From Escherichia phage vB_Eco_mar004NP2: 64,000 nucleotides of DNA. Under the pieces are notes generated by a model. It saw nothing but the letters and a program-made list of their open reading frames with translations, was not told the DNA's origin and ran no database searches. Of this stretch, positions 36,598 through 46,135 are shown one piece after another. The number at the start of each line of letters is the position of its first letter. The stretch's first letter is position 1. The DNA lies in sequence record NC_048205.1; one strand, given 5' to 3'. The translations under genes were made by a program, and so were the position numbers.

Positions 36598-36879
36598 ATG
36601 AAAACTCGTCTAGACTGTGCTATCCACGTTGTCGAGCATAGTGTTGTTGGAACCTGTATGTCTTACCATGAGGCAGGTCGCTTAATTAAAGAACGTGTGG
36701 CAGATGTATGTGGATTGAAGATTACTGCTGAGGAAGCTGATGATCTTTTAGGCCAAGCACTTGAGAAAACCGAAATATTCCTCTGTGATTCTTGTTCTTG
36801 GTGGTGTGAAGCTCACGAACATTCCTTCAATGATTATGATGTATGCCGTGACTGTAATGAGGAAGATACTGATGAATAA
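36598..36879 (+). CDS. hypothetical Cys-rich protein
   Basis: ORF with RBS and promoter. Confidence 0.55.
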   Translation: MKTRLDCAIHVVEHSVVGTCMSYHEAGRLIKERVADVCGLKITAEEADDLLGQALEKTEIFLCDSCSWWCEAHEHSFNDYDVCRDCNEEDTDE

Positions 36880-37171
36880 GTTTATTATTGCATTGATGGT
36901 TTCGGCAGTTAGTTTCGGTTCTCTAGCATCTACCAAAGTTTTTATGAAAAATGGCAATGTTAAAGTACAACAGAACGGCATTATTACCGAGTATGGTAAA
37001 GTTCGTGATGTTAAGGAACGTAACGGCAAAGTAGAAATATATACTAATAAAAACTTCTCTACTCCGGCTGTTACTGTTAGCAAACGTGGTGAGATAACTA
37101 CTCAACGTACTAATAGCTCTAGTTCTTTTACTTGTCGTTATGATTGCGACTTTGAAGGTGAAGATGAATAA
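36872..37171 (+). CDS. secreted small protein (signal peptide)
   Basis: MNKFIIALMVSAVSFGSLAS signal-like N-terminus; overlaps upstream stop. Confidence 0.5.
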   Translation: MNKFIIALMVSAVSFGSLASTKVFMKNGNVKVQQNGIITEYGKVRDVKERNGKVEIYTNKNFSTPAVTVSKRGEITTQRTNSSSSFTCRYDCDFEGEDE

Positions 37172-37559
37172 TTTAGACCCTAGAATTAAATTTGCAATTA
37201 CAGAAATCCAAGATCAAATTGATGAGGACTTCACTGTTTGGTCAAGGTCTGGTAATGGAGAATATTGCCAGCTTTATAGCATGAAAATGGGTATCTCAAT
37301 TGAGCTTAATATCAACTCTGAAGGTAGAGTAGAAGCCCAACCTATGTTTAGTATTCCAGGCTTCTCTGGATTTGTTGCAGGTATGAAATTGTGTCTACCA
37401 AATAACCATCTTCATCGAGTTATTTGTCAACTAGAGACTATTAAACACTTCTTACCAGAAGATAACATTAATGACCACTACCATGAAGTAGTAGCAGCTC
37501 ATATGATGAAAGAATGCAAACGTCGGAGAGAAGAACGTGAAAAAGCTAAACATCAATAG
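37164..37559 (+). CDS. hypothetical protein
   Basis: Internal ATG of track ORF 37140-37559 with GAAGGTGAAG RBS. Confidence 0.5.
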   Translation: MNNLDPRIKFAITEIQDQIDEDFTVWSRSGNGEYCQLYSMKMGISIELNINSEGRVEAQPMFSIPGFSGFVAGMKLCLPNNHLHRVICQLETIKHFLPEDNINDHYHEVVAAHMMKECKRRREEREKAKHQ

Positions 37560-37833
37560 CACAGTGCAGATTCCAGCAACTAAGGATATTTTAACATTCC
37601 TACGTAGTGAAAACACTCAGTTTTGGCACGACTATATTCAGGAAAATAAAAATAATCCAGATATAGTGGCTTTTGCCAAAACCCGTATTGGGGAATACAA
37701 AGATCCAGAAATTAAAGATGGCATGATTACTATGCAGTTATGGATAGCTATGAAAACATTTGGACCTACTATGAGTTTAGGATTTGCCCCTCTGTTTACT
37801 GATATTCTAATTAAGGAAAAGGATCTGAAATGA
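37537..37833 (+). CDS. hypothetical protein
   Basis: GTG start after GGAGAGAAG. Confidence 0.45.
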   Translation: MKKLNINSTVQIPATKDILTFLRSENTQFWHDYIQENKNNPDIVAFAKTRIGEYKDPEIKDGMITMQLWIAMKTFGPTMSLGFAPLFTDILIKEKDLK

Positions 37834-38114
37834 TTATCTCTCCATTTGCTCTTTGGTTCGTCATTGGGTCTATAGTTGCTATTTACAGCTTGATTGATGA
37901 TCTGTATATCTCTAAGAACAAAGATGTACTTTTATATGTTATACATAAAACACGTCCACTAGATCTAGCACCTCTTGACGATAAAACACTATTAAGATGT
38001 GGTATGTCTGTGCTATTTATTATGGATATTCTGCTAGGACCAGCATCTGTATTTTTCTATTACCGAAAAACTCGTAATATGAAAAAATTTAAAGCAGAAA
38101 TGCAGAATAATTAA
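37830..38114 (+). CDS. hypothetical membrane protein
   Basis: Hydrophobic helices; AAGGAAAAGG RBS. Confidence 0.5.
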   Translation: MIISPFALWFVIGSIVAIYSLIDDLYISKNKDVLLYVIHKTRPLDLAPLDDKTLLRCGMSVLFIMDILLGPASVFFYYRKTRNMKKFKAEMQNN

Positions 38115-38224
38115 AGAACTCGCGTAGGACCGAGTTGCGTCACCTGCAACTGTTACGGATAAGGGAGTCGTGCCCCTTAGTGCGGTAAGTGGTGAGTTGG
38201 TCGCTGACCTTAACTGGAGATGAT

Positions 38225-38569
38225 ATGACTATAGTATTAATTCTTGTTACCACTTGGTTTTTAATTGGTGCTGGGTATGCAGTAGCTGTACTTAGACATT
38301 TGGACGAATATTCTGCTGAATGGTTCATCAAATACCTTCGTATCGACAACAAGGAACATGAATTTAAAGATGAAAAGCAGAAAAAGGCAGTAGAGAAAAT
38401 GACAGCCAAAGAATGTTTATTCTACATGCGTATTATAGGATTCTTTGGGTTATTAATTGCTGGCCCAATTGGTTCTACTATTGCTCCGTACAAAGAAACA
38501 GTTGCTGACATCAAATTATGGAGAAATGCAGGGGTACTACGCAAAGCTAGAGAAACTAATATTACATAA
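38225..38569 (+). CDS. hypothetical membrane protein
   Basis: ATG at 38225 after GGAG; TM helices. Confidence 0.5.
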   Translation: MTIVLILVTTWFLIGAGYAVAVLRHLDEYSAEWFIKYLRIDNKEHEFKDEKQKKAVEKMTAKECLFYMRIIGFFGLLIAGPIGSTIAPYKETVADIKLWRNAGVLRKARETNIT

Positions 38570-38663
38570 GATTGACACTAAGTCAACTTACTAGCAAAAG
38601 CAAATAATGACAAAGCCCAGCCTGCACTTTTGCGACTGGGCTATTTTTGTAATAAAATTTTAG

Positions 38664-38692
38664 TTGCATAGATGCCCAAACTTTTGTATAAT
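38664..38692 (+). promoter_or_regulatory. T5-type early promoter
   Basis: -35 TTGCAT / 17 bp / -10 TATAAT. Confidence 0.55.
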
Positions 38693-38723
38693 ATACTCAT
38701 AGATTGAGGCAATAGGATTAAAT

Positions 38724-39422
38724 ATGAGAATCATTTCTAAATTCGCAGATGTGTATGATTTGCAGAACAGTTTGTTTGATCCCGATCGTGTTTGGGAGCG
38801 TAAAACTGAAGAGTTACTAGTTAAGGTAACTGATGATGCAGAAAAGAACATTGTGCATACTCGCCAAGTATTTCGTGAGGGTTCACTATCTTTCCGTGGT
38901 GACTTCGAATACTTCGTAAACCCACTGTTTATTGCAGGTGAAGTTTACTGGCTACACGAGCTGTACTGCTGGCACCCAGCATTTAGTTTCAAAACGTTCA
39001 ACCTCGACACTATGTTCGATAAAATGGAAGAGATGGGATTGCATGCTCGCTCCTACTTAATGGATAAGAGTCGTGGAGATGTTCGTGAAACAATGCGTGA
39101 TTTGCTCGTTGAAGCAAAACCTAAAGCAGAACGTATCTTGTCCGAACTGCGTGTACCGATTGCATATGTGAAAGGTATTAAGAAGAACGATAACGATGAT
39201 GTTCGTAACTTCGTGATTCAGACTAACATTCGTTTCCATCAGTCAGGTATTCCGTGGCAGGAAATTGAAAGTAACTTATACCGTTTACACCAGATGATCG
39301 AGCAATATATCTGGGGCGTATTAGGAACCGGTGAACCAGATACTATTACCACTTCCGATAAGGATCGCTTAGCTGCATATGGATTTGATATTGTTACTTC
39401 TTTTAGGAATATGAAAAGATGA
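38724..39422 (+). CDS. hypothetical protein
   Basis: 232-aa ORF downstream of promoter. Confidence 0.6.
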   Translation: MRIISKFADVYDLQNSLFDPDRVWERKTEELLVKVTDDAEKNIVHTRQVFREGSLSFRGDFEYFVNPLFIAGEVYWLHELYCWHPAFSFKTFNLDTMFDKMEEMGLHARSYLMDKSRGDVRETMRDLLVEAKPKAERILSELRVPIAYVKGIKKNDNDDVRNFVIQTNIRFHQSGIPWQEIESNLYRLHQMIEQYIWGVLGTGEPDTITTSDKDRLAAYGFDIVTSFRNMKR

Positions 39423-39916
39423 TCAGTAAGGAAGAGCTAAGAAGGATGTTCGATTACCGAGATGATGGTAATCTTATCTGGAAACCCAGGGAAGGGGACG
39501 AACACTTTAATAAGATATTCGCCGGAACAGTAGCAGGATCTAGACAAAGTACAGGACATAGAGTAGTTGAGCTGTATAATGGTTCCCTAGCTATAGGTAC
39601 ACATAGATTAATCTATGCATGGCATACTGGAGAATGGCCAGAAATAGTTGACCATAAGGATAAAGACTCAACTAATGATAGGTTTGAGAACCTAAGACCT
39701 GCTACAAGATCTGATAACGCTTGTAATCAAAAAGTAAGAAGCGACAACCATTTAGGCGTTAAAAATATTCATAGAAAAACAAATGGGACTTACCAAGTAA
39801 GAATCACTAAACATGGTAAGCAAGTTTCGAAAACACTTAAGAGTTTGGAAGAGGCCATAGAATGGAGAGACGCCAAACTTAAAGAACTCCACGGTGAGTT
39901 TGCGAGTACAGGCTGA
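39419..39916 (+). CDS. HNH homing endonuclease (HNH + AP2-like domain)
   Basis: VDHKDKDSTNDRFENLRPATRSDN HNH motif; AP2-like GVKNIHRK..GTYQVRI segment. Confidence 0.7.
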   Translation: MISKEELRRMFDYRDDGNLIWKPREGDEHFNKIFAGTVAGSRQSTGHRVVELYNGSLAIGTHRLIYAWHTGEWPEIVDHKDKDSTNDRFENLRPATRSDNACNQKVRSDNHLGVKNIHRKTNGTYQVRITKHGKQVSKTLKSLEEAIEWRDAKLKELHGEFASTG

Positions 39917-40359
39917 TGTGGAAATGGTTTGTAGACTTAGTTTGGGATAATAAGATGTATATCCTGGGAGCAGGTCTAGCGATAGGCATCGGATTCGGTG
40001 CTTATCACTTAGTTAATAAGGTTGAGACTCTAGCAGGTGATCTTGCAGCAGCTACTAAAAAGATCTCTTCTCTAGAAACCTCCCTTAATAATGTGAGGGC
40101 TGAGAGTGAACTTCGTGAGACTCGAATGAATCAGTATTTCACAATGAATAATGTTTCGCAAGCAGATCTAGACAAGAAAATTAATCAGCTTGATAAAGCA
40201 CTTAGTCGTCAAGATATTATAGCTGCAAAGCCTGGATTGGTTACATTAATTGCTAAAAAGCAGAGTAAGGAGTTCGAGGAAAGATTAGCATGTTTAACTG
40301 GAAACTTGGAATACTGCTCGCAGCCGCAATCACAATCACAGGCTGTGCACAAGAAATAA
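39916..40359 (+). CDS. putative i-spanin-like protein (N-terminal TM, coiled-coil)
   Basis: TM helix YILGAGLAIGIGFGAY then coiled-coil; 3' end overlaps next ORF. Confidence 0.4.
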   Translation: MWKWFVDLVWDNKMYILGAGLAIGIGFGAYHLVNKVETLAGDLAAATKKISSLETSLNNVRAESELRETRMNQYFTMNNVSQADLDKKINQLDKALSRQDIIAAKPGLVTLIAKKQSKEFEERLACLTGNLEYCSQPQSQSQAVHKK

Positions 40360-40643
40360 AGCCAGAACCTACCCATGAACTACCAACAGCTCATGTGGAC
40401 TGGCCTAAAGGACTTCAACCTTGTAGCTTTGATTTCAAATTTGAAAAGAAATTAGCTACAAACGGTGAAGATGGTGTAGTAGTAGTCGTACCATATAAAG
40501 ATTGGAATATGTTGGCAAAATGCCGCGAGGCAGAATATTCATATATCTCACGACTGACAAGTATGGTTTGCTTCTACCGCCAAGATTTGCAAGAAAAACG
40601 TTGTTTAGTATATTATCCACCAATTAACAATAGGAAAGATTAA
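40290..40643 (+). CDS. putative lipoprotein (o-spanin-like)
   Basis: Lipobox LAAAITITGC; start embedded in 3' end of previous ORF. Confidence 0.4.
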   Translation: MFNWKLGILLAAAITITGCAQEIKPEPTHELPTAHVDWPKGLQPCSFDFKFEKKLATNGEDGVVVVVPYKDWNMLAKCREAEYSYISRLTSMVCFYRQDLQEKRCLVYYPPINNRKD

Positions 40644-41395
40644 TGTCAGTATTAGTCGGTTTACATGGTGAAGCTGGTTCGGGAAAAGATACCGTTGCAA
40701 AATTAATTATCGATTGGTGTAATGACACGTATCCAACGTGTTTACCCCGTCGTTACAGTTTTGCCAAGCCCGTTTATGAACTTGCATCTGTAATCCTCGG
40801 TGTAACTCCAGAGTTTCTAGGAGAGCGCAGGGGAAAAGAGATTGACCAATGGTTTACGGTCACACAATCTCAATTGGAGCGAGCTAGAGACGTATGGTTT
40901 AAATACGGTATCGATAAGTTTGAAGACTTCTCGTACGTTTGGCCGATTTTTGAGGAAAAATATCTTAATCCTCAACAACTTATCTCAGAGAATAAAGAAG
41001 ACGGACTTTATAGTTTATTTATTTCTCCGAGAAAAATGTTACAGCTCGTAGGGACAGAGCTAGGAAGGCAGCTGGTACATGAACGCATTTGGCTCATAAT
41101 TCTGGAGCAATCCATCGCTAAAGACGACCCAGATGTCGCCGTAATAACAGATGTGAGATTCCCCAATGAAGGAGAGCTACTCAGAGAAACAAACCATTTA
41201 GATATGGATTCTTTGATAGTAAATGTAGTACCAGCTGAGCAGAAGTTCACTATTAAATCAGATCATCCATCTGAAAGTGGTATTCCTGCAAAATATATTA
41301 CTCACGAATTAGTTAATAAATTCGATGGTATCAATAACCTTAAACTAGAAGTTTATAACTTCTGTGACTTAGAGCTAGAACCACTAGTTGGATAA
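40643..41395 (+). CDS. dnk: deoxynucleoside monophosphate kinase
   Basis: P-loop GLHGEAGSGKDT; 250 aa as in T5-type dNMP kinase. Confidence 0.65.
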   Translation: MSVLVGLHGEAGSGKDTVAKLIIDWCNDTYPTCLPRRYSFAKPVYELASVILGVTPEFLGERRGKEIDQWFTVTQSQLERARDVWFKYGIDKFEDFSYVWPIFEEKYLNPQQLISENKEDGLYSLFISPRKMLQLVGTELGRQLVHERIWLIILEQSIAKDDPDVAVITDVRFPNEGELLRETNHLDMDSLIVNVVPAEQKFTIKSDHPSESGIPAKYITHELVNKFDGINNLKLEVYNFCDLELEPLVG

Positions 41396-41407
41396 TCAAG
41401 GATCGCT

Positions 41408-42007
41408 ATGACTAATAAAAAAGAAGAAAAGACTAACCTGTTTCACTCCATTCGCCAATCTAATGAGTATACCTTTTTCTTTGATGAAGAACTCGGTCCG
41501 CCGGATGAATACCGTGATTTATCAATGGTACTTATGCAAGCAAATGAGGACGACGAAATTAATCTGATGATTAATGGTCCAGGTGGTTATGTTGATACTG
41601 CTGCACAGTTATCTAACTTAATTGCTAATTGCCGTGGAACAGTTATAGGACATCTGGTTGGTCCTAGTGCTTCTGCTTACTGCACAATTTTCCTATCCTG
41701 TCATGGATGGGTAGTACATCCACATGCTACGCTAATGGGACACACGTTCTCTGGCGGATTCTGTGAGAAAGGTCAAGAAATCAAGAAAGCCTATGAATCT
41801 TACAACAAGTTCGTAGAAGATATGATGCTAGATGTCTACTATCCGTTCTTCTCAATAGATGAAATAGACGAGATGGTAAAAGACAACAAAAATATCTATC
41901 TAGATAGCAAGGAAATCCATAAGCGTATTGAAATCTTGGCGAAATATAGATCTGAGCAATATAATAAAATGCAGTTAACTCAATCTGAGGAGCACAACGA
42001 AGAGTAA
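41408..42007 (+). CDS. ClpP-like serine protease (putative)
   Basis: INGPGGYV and GPSASAYC...HPHATLMGH resemble ClpP INSPGG / AAS..G / MIHQ blocks. Confidence 0.55.
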   Translation: MTNKKEEKTNLFHSIRQSNEYTFFFDEELGPPDEYRDLSMVLMQANEDDEINLMINGPGGYVDTAAQLSNLIANCRGTVIGHLVGPSASAYCTIFLSCHGWVVHPHATLMGHTFSGGFCEKGQEIKKAYESYNKFVEDMMLDVYYPFFSIDEIDEMVKDNKNIYLDSKEIHKRIEILAKYRSEQYNKMQLTQSEEHNEE

Positions 42008-42026
42008 GTAATTTTAAGCCAGGGTT

Positions 42027-42057
42027 AAGTACCCTGGCTTTTCTTTTATCTAAAATT
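42027..42057 (+). terminator. rho-independent terminator after ClpP-like gene
   Basis: Hairpin AGCCAGGGT-TAAGT-ACCCTGGCT then TTTCTTTT. Confidence 0.7.
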
Positions 42058-42109
42058 CTTCTTGACAACGACATAATTTTATGCTCCAAGTGTAACATTT
42101 AAAAACCCA

Positions 42110-42138
42110 TTGAAATTTTCCTCCAAAATTAGTATAAT
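42110..42138 (+). promoter_or_regulatory. promoter upstream of holin-endolysin
   Basis: -35 TTGAAA / 17 bp / -10 TATAAT. Confidence 0.5.
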
Positions 42139-42163
42139 GGTACTGGTTAGAGGAGGTTACAAA

Positions 42164-42820
42164 TTGGAAAAGTTCTTACAATTATTAACAGTACTGCTCC
42201 AAGAAGCGAAAGACCCAGCATCGCTTCTTAAACGTCTGCTAACTATCTTAGTTGCTGTCATTATTTTCTTATTTGTTAGTAATACTAGTGAAGTAATGTC
42301 ATTCTTAAAGACTTTTTCCACGTCTGCAGTTTTACAGGATTTACAAACCCAGAGGATAGATAACTTCCCTAATGTGGCGAGGGAAAAGAGCATGGTTCTC
42401 TTCTCTCAGACGGGTGCAGATGCTGTTTTTGTAGTCAAGTATAAACCAGATGCTATCAATGATTATTCCAATATTATTGCATGGGAAAGTAATGCGCAAT
42501 TAGATAGGGCTGACTTGGCCGATAAAGCGGTAAATAAAACGTCTGAATTATACAGACGTCATTTAGAGGGCTTTAACTACGCATCGGATTTAAGTGTAAG
42601 AGTAAATAAATATATGGGGTTAAATATACCTGCGTTTAAAAACGTTACTTTTAATTACATATACACTTGTCCATACTTCAATCTAAAAAATATCTATGCT
42701 GGGTACATTGGTATTGCTTGGAAAGATAATCCGGTAGATACAGCTGATTCTGAACAGTTCAAGGAATATTTAGCAAAGCTCTGTTCCCCACAACAGAGAT
42801 CTTTAGGTAGGTCAATATGA
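42164..42820 (+). CDS. holin (T5-type, putative)
   Basis: TTG start 7 nt after AGGAGG; single TM LLTILVAVIIFLFV; immediately upstream of endolysin. Confidence 0.55.
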   Translation: MEKFLQLLTVLLQEAKDPASLLKRLLTILVAVIIFLFVSNTSEVMSFLKTFSTSAVLQDLQTQRIDNFPNVAREKSMVLFSQTGADAVFVVKYKPDAINDYSNIIAWESNAQLDRADLADKAVNKTSELYRRHLEGFNYASDLSVRVNKYMGLNIPAFKNVTFNYIYTCPYFNLKNIYAGYIGIAWKDNPVDTADSEQFKEYLAKLCSPQQRSLGRSI

Positions 42821-43230
42821 GTTTTAAATTTGGTAAAAATAGCGAAAAACAATTAGCTACCGTTAAGCCCGAGCTACAAAAAGTAGCTCGTAGGGCTTTA
42901 GAATTATCTCCGTATGATTTCACAATCGTGCAAGGTATTCGTACAGTAGCACAAAGTGCCCAGAACATTGCTAATGGTACTTCATTTCTAAAAGATCCTA
43001 GTAAAAGCAAACATATTACTGGGGATGCTATTGATTTTGCTCCATATATTAATGGCAAAATTGATTGGAATGACTTAGAAGCATTTTGGGCGGTTAAAAA
43101 GGCTTTTGAACAAGCTGGTAAAGAACTAGGCATTAAACTTCGTTTTGGTGCTGATTGGAATGCTTCAGGAGACTATCACGATGAAATAAAACGTGGTACC
43201 TATGATGGCGGTCATGTCGAACTAGTTTAA
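42817..43230 (+). CDS. endolysin, L-alanyl-D-glutamate peptidase (peptidase M15)
   Basis: 137 aa; HITGDAIDF and DGGHVE zinc-ligand motifs; terminator follows. Confidence 0.85.
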   Translation: MSFKFGKNSEKQLATVKPELQKVARRALELSPYDFTIVQGIRTVAQSAQNIANGTSFLKDPSKSKHITGDAIDFAPYINGKIDWNDLEAFWAVKKAFEQAGKELGIKLRFGADWNASGDYHDEIKRGTYDGGHVELV

Positions 43231-43240
43231 TTAATAACTG

Positions 43241-43265
43241 AGGCGGGAATATTCCCGCCTTTTTA
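43241..43265 (+). terminator. rho-independent terminator after endolysin
   Basis: Hairpin GGCGGGAAT-ATTCCCGCC then TTTTT. Confidence 0.7.
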
Positions 43266-43307
43266 GGCAAAGGGGGCTTTAATAATTTTTGAAGATAGGA
43301 GAAAGCC

Positions 43308-43724
43308 ATGTTTGCAGAACTATTCACTATGATGCTGCTAGGTATCTGGAAAATAAGTCTAGTAGTATTCGTTTTAATGATAGTCTTTACTATCATTGCA
43401 TTAACTACCCGAAATAGCTTATTAATAAAGGTTATTCACGGACTAGAGTATATAATTATGGGTTCATTCGGCGTTTGTAAATGCAATTGCCATAGAGATA
43501 CGAAATATTGTTGGTTATGGATGGAACTAGAGAATCCCATATCCATAGCTTTGGCTGTTTCATTCGGTATGATTCTTATGGCCCTTACTCTAGCATTAAT
43601 ACCTTTAATGTTAGCTGGGGGAGTTACAGCGTATTTCACCCTTTTCTCCCCGATACTTATGTACTCAATTTACCCAATAACTATGTATCTAGTTAGGAAA
43701 AGATTTATACATGCAGTAGATTAA
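43308..43724 (+). CDS. hypothetical polytopic membrane protein
   Basis: Multiple hydrophobic helices; AGGAGAAAG RBS. Confidence 0.55.
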   Translation: MFAELFTMMLLGIWKISLVVFVLMIVFTIIALTTRNSLLIKVIHGLEYIIMGSFGVCKCNCHRDTKYCWLWMELENPISIALAVSFGMILMALTLALIPLMLAGGVTAYFTLFSPILMYSIYPITMYLVRKRFIHAVD

Positions 43725-43737
43725 GATAAAAAAGTAG

Positions 43738-43766
43738 TTGACTTTTAGCCCTAGTTATTATATAAT
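43738..43766 (+). promoter_or_regulatory. T5-type early promoter
   Basis: -35 TTGACT / 17 bp / -10 TATAAT. Confidence 0.6.
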
Positions 43767-43799
43767 ATATACATAAATTAGTTAAGAGAGGTATATATT

Positions 43800-44231
43800 A
43801 TGTCTGATCGTTTCTACACTCAAATGGCGGAACATTTTCGTATACCACATTACGAGCTAAACATTGCACTCCGTGATCATGACTCTCCTGAGTACAAAAA
43901 GCTCGAAAAGAAAGCGGAAAAATCTATTGATACAAAGGTAGGTGCATCTATGTCTAAGGGCAAAAAGTTAACTCGTCTTGATCTTAATAAAATTTTAACT
44001 GAACTTTTGGGTACTGATATTGAAGGTGCTAAATTACCACTTCTTGTACTAGAGACTATGATTAAAAAGGTCAAAAATAAAGAATATAAGAAGGTAGAAG
44101 TCCCAGAGGGCAGATTAAAGGCTCCTTATCAGGAAGCATTAACCGAGTGTTTGGGTGTAAATCTTGATCTGAGCACCGCAACCGTAAAAACTATGAAAAA
44201 CTTCTTAGAGGCCATTAATAACTATGAGTAA
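43800..44231 (+). CDS. hypothetical protein
   Basis: ORF with GAGAGG RBS and promoter. Confidence 0.6.
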   Translation: MSDRFYTQMAEHFRIPHYELNIALRDHDSPEYKKLEKKAEKSIDTKVGASMSKGKKLTRLDLNKILTELLGTDIEGAKLPLLVLETMIKKVKNKEYKKVEVPEGRLKAPYQEALTECLGVNLDLSTATVKTMKNFLEAINNYE

Positions 44232-44514
44232 ATTAGTCTATCTATTAAAAGGTTCCACCTGTAACCCGTGTAAACTTTTCGAGCCAGTATTTGATAAAGT
44301 AGTCAGTGACTATAATTTGGAAATCCATAAAGAGACTGATAATACAGAATTAATGCAGAAATTTGGTGTGCGCCAAGTTCCTGTAGTAGTTCTGGCGGAT
44401 CGCTTACCTAATGGTCGAGTAGAAGCTAATCATATTCTGATTGGACGTCAGCTTCGTAAAGAAACTATGCACGAAGCTATTAAAAATTTCCTGGATGATA
44501 ATCCAGAGGACTAA
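44224..44514 (+). CDS. thioredoxin/NrdH-glutaredoxin-like protein
   Basis: CNPC redox motif and VRQVPVVV beta-strand similar to NrdH. Confidence 0.5.
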   Translation: MSKLVYLLKGSTCNPCKLFEPVFDKVVSDYNLEIHKETDNTELMQKFGVRQVPVVVLADRLPNGRVEANHILIGRQLRKETMHEAIKNFLDDNPED

Positions 44515-44520
44515 TAAACA

Positions 44521-44555
44521 AAGCCTGATCTTAGCTGATCAGGCTTTTATTTTAC
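44521..44555 (+). terminator. rho-independent terminator
   Basis: Hairpin AAGCCTGATC-TTAG-CTGATCAGGCTT then T-run. Confidence 0.7.
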
Positions 44556-44584
44556 TTGCTTTTTGCTAAAAATTTTGGTATAAT
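44556..44584 (+). promoter_or_regulatory. T5-type early promoter
   Basis: -35 TTGCTT / 17 bp / -10 TATAAT. Confidence 0.6.
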
Positions 44585-44641
44585 ACTTATATAAATTGAT
44601 GAAAAGGCTATCTACACACTACAAGAAATAGGGGTATTCCA

Positions 44642-45019
44642 ATGAACTATGCATATCTAATTATTAATAATAACGTAGTTTGTGGTACTCGCGCCGTTGA
44701 GATGGGTATTACAGAAGAAAAGTATAAGTCACTTCCAGAAAAGGAACAACAATATTATGTTGAAGAAGCTGCTTGGGAATATGCTGATGTTTATCCCGAA
44801 CAGCGTGAAGATCGCGTTACTATTGTTGTCTCTTTGGGGCTGGTTGGCTGTGATACCGAAGTTGATACAGACCTAGAGACTTTAGAAGAGTGGGGAGAAT
44901 TAGACATTTCAGCTAAAAACTCTTTAATCCGTGAGGCTTTTTGGGAAGCAGTTGACTGCCATGTTGTCTTTGAGCCTAACGATGAGGAAGCTGAGAAGCA
45001 TACTAACCACTGGGGATAA
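44642..45019 (+). CDS. hypothetical acidic protein
   Basis: ORF with RBS and promoter. Confidence 0.55.
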   Translation: MNYAYLIINNNVVCGTRAVEMGITEEKYKSLPEKEQQYYVEEAAWEYADVYPEQREDRVTIVVSLGLVGCDTEVDTDLETLEEWGELDISAKNSLIREAFWEAVDCHVVFEPNDEEAEKHTNHWG

Positions 45020-45023
45020 TTAA

Positions 45024-45269
45024 ATGTTAGCGGAACAAGCAAAACGTTTAGCTAGGATAAATAGAGCTGCAATTCTTAAGAGCAGAAAGAAACCATATAA
45101 GTATGTTAAAAAGAGAATAGTTTCTTCTGTGGAGATTGGAGGTTCTTTTGTACAGTTTAATCGTGATGAAATTAGTTATGAAGCTATAAAAGCCCTCTAT
45201 AAAGAGGGTTATACTCTCCAACTATCTAATGAGTATGGCACAACTATTTTAACTGTTATTTGGGAATAA
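45024..45269 (+). CDS. hypothetical protein
   Basis: 81-aa ORF. Confidence 0.5.
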   Translation: MLAEQAKRLARINRAAILKSRKKPYKYVKKRIVSSVEIGGSFVQFNRDEISYEAIKALYKEGYTLQLSNEYGTTILTVIWE

Positions 45270-45271
45270 TT

Positions 45272-46135
45272 ATGAAAAAAGAATTTAATGTACATAAAAC
45301 TCTAGTAGTGCCAGATGATGCCAACTTGTTTTTCGTTGGTGATATTCATGGATGCAATGATTTGCTGGAAGATGCGTTGAAATTAGCTGGGTATAATAGC
45401 AAGAAAGATTGCGTAGTATGTGTTGGTGACTTAATTGACCGGGGCACACAAAACTTACAAGTTTTAGCTAAATTCTTATATAATCCACGTTTTTGTAGCG
45501 TTCGTGGAAATCATGACCAGTTTATGATTGTAGGAGATTGGGCTAACTGGATGTATAATGGAGGTATGTGGGCTATGAATGAGCTGGACGCAGATACCAT
45601 TAAAAATATTGCCGAAGACATGGCTGAAAAACTTCCAGTATTTATGACTGTGCTGCATCGTGGCAAGAAGTATGGTGTTGTTCATGGTGGTGTACCTTTT
45701 ACATACAAAGAATGTGGTAACGAAGTAGAAACTCCAGTATGGGATAACCTTATTGCACAAGTAGAAGCAGCTAAGGAAGACCCACATGACCATCCTGGAT
45801 ACCATGTTGAACCATATTTATGGGATCGAGATGTAATACAAGAAATAGGCTTCCATTTGTCCAAAAATGGTGAGGAACACCCGTATTTCCAGCGTTATTC
45901 TGGGTTTAAAGAAAAATACATGGTAGAAATACCTCCAGTTAGTGGGGTAGACTTTGTGTTTCATGGGCATACTGGAGTACCTTACCCTATTTTACACCAA
46001 AATCGTGTTTACTTAGATACTGGCGGTGTTTTCAACGGGCAGTTGACGGTTGCGCAAGTTAATGATGAAACTGGCAAAATCACAACATTTACCACGCTTC
46101 GCGAAGATAGCTGTGGCATACAGAGGATTCTTTAA
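45272..46135 (+). CDS. Ser/Thr protein phosphatase-like metallophosphatase
   Basis: GDIHG, GDLIDRG, GNHD calcineurin-like motifs. Confidence 0.7.
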   Translation: MKKEFNVHKTLVVPDDANLFFVGDIHGCNDLLEDALKLAGYNSKKDCVVCVGDLIDRGTQNLQVLAKFLYNPRFCSVRGNHDQFMIVGDWANWMYNGGMWAMNELDADTIKNIAEDMAEKLPVFMTVLHRGKKYGVVHGGVPFTYKECGNEVETPVWDNLIAQVEAAKEDPHDHPGYHVEPYLWDRDVIQEIGFHLSKNGEEHPYFQRYSGFKEKYMVEIPPVSGVDFVFHGHTGVPYPILHQNRVYLDTGGVFNGQLTVAQVNDETGKITTFTTLREDSCGIQRIL

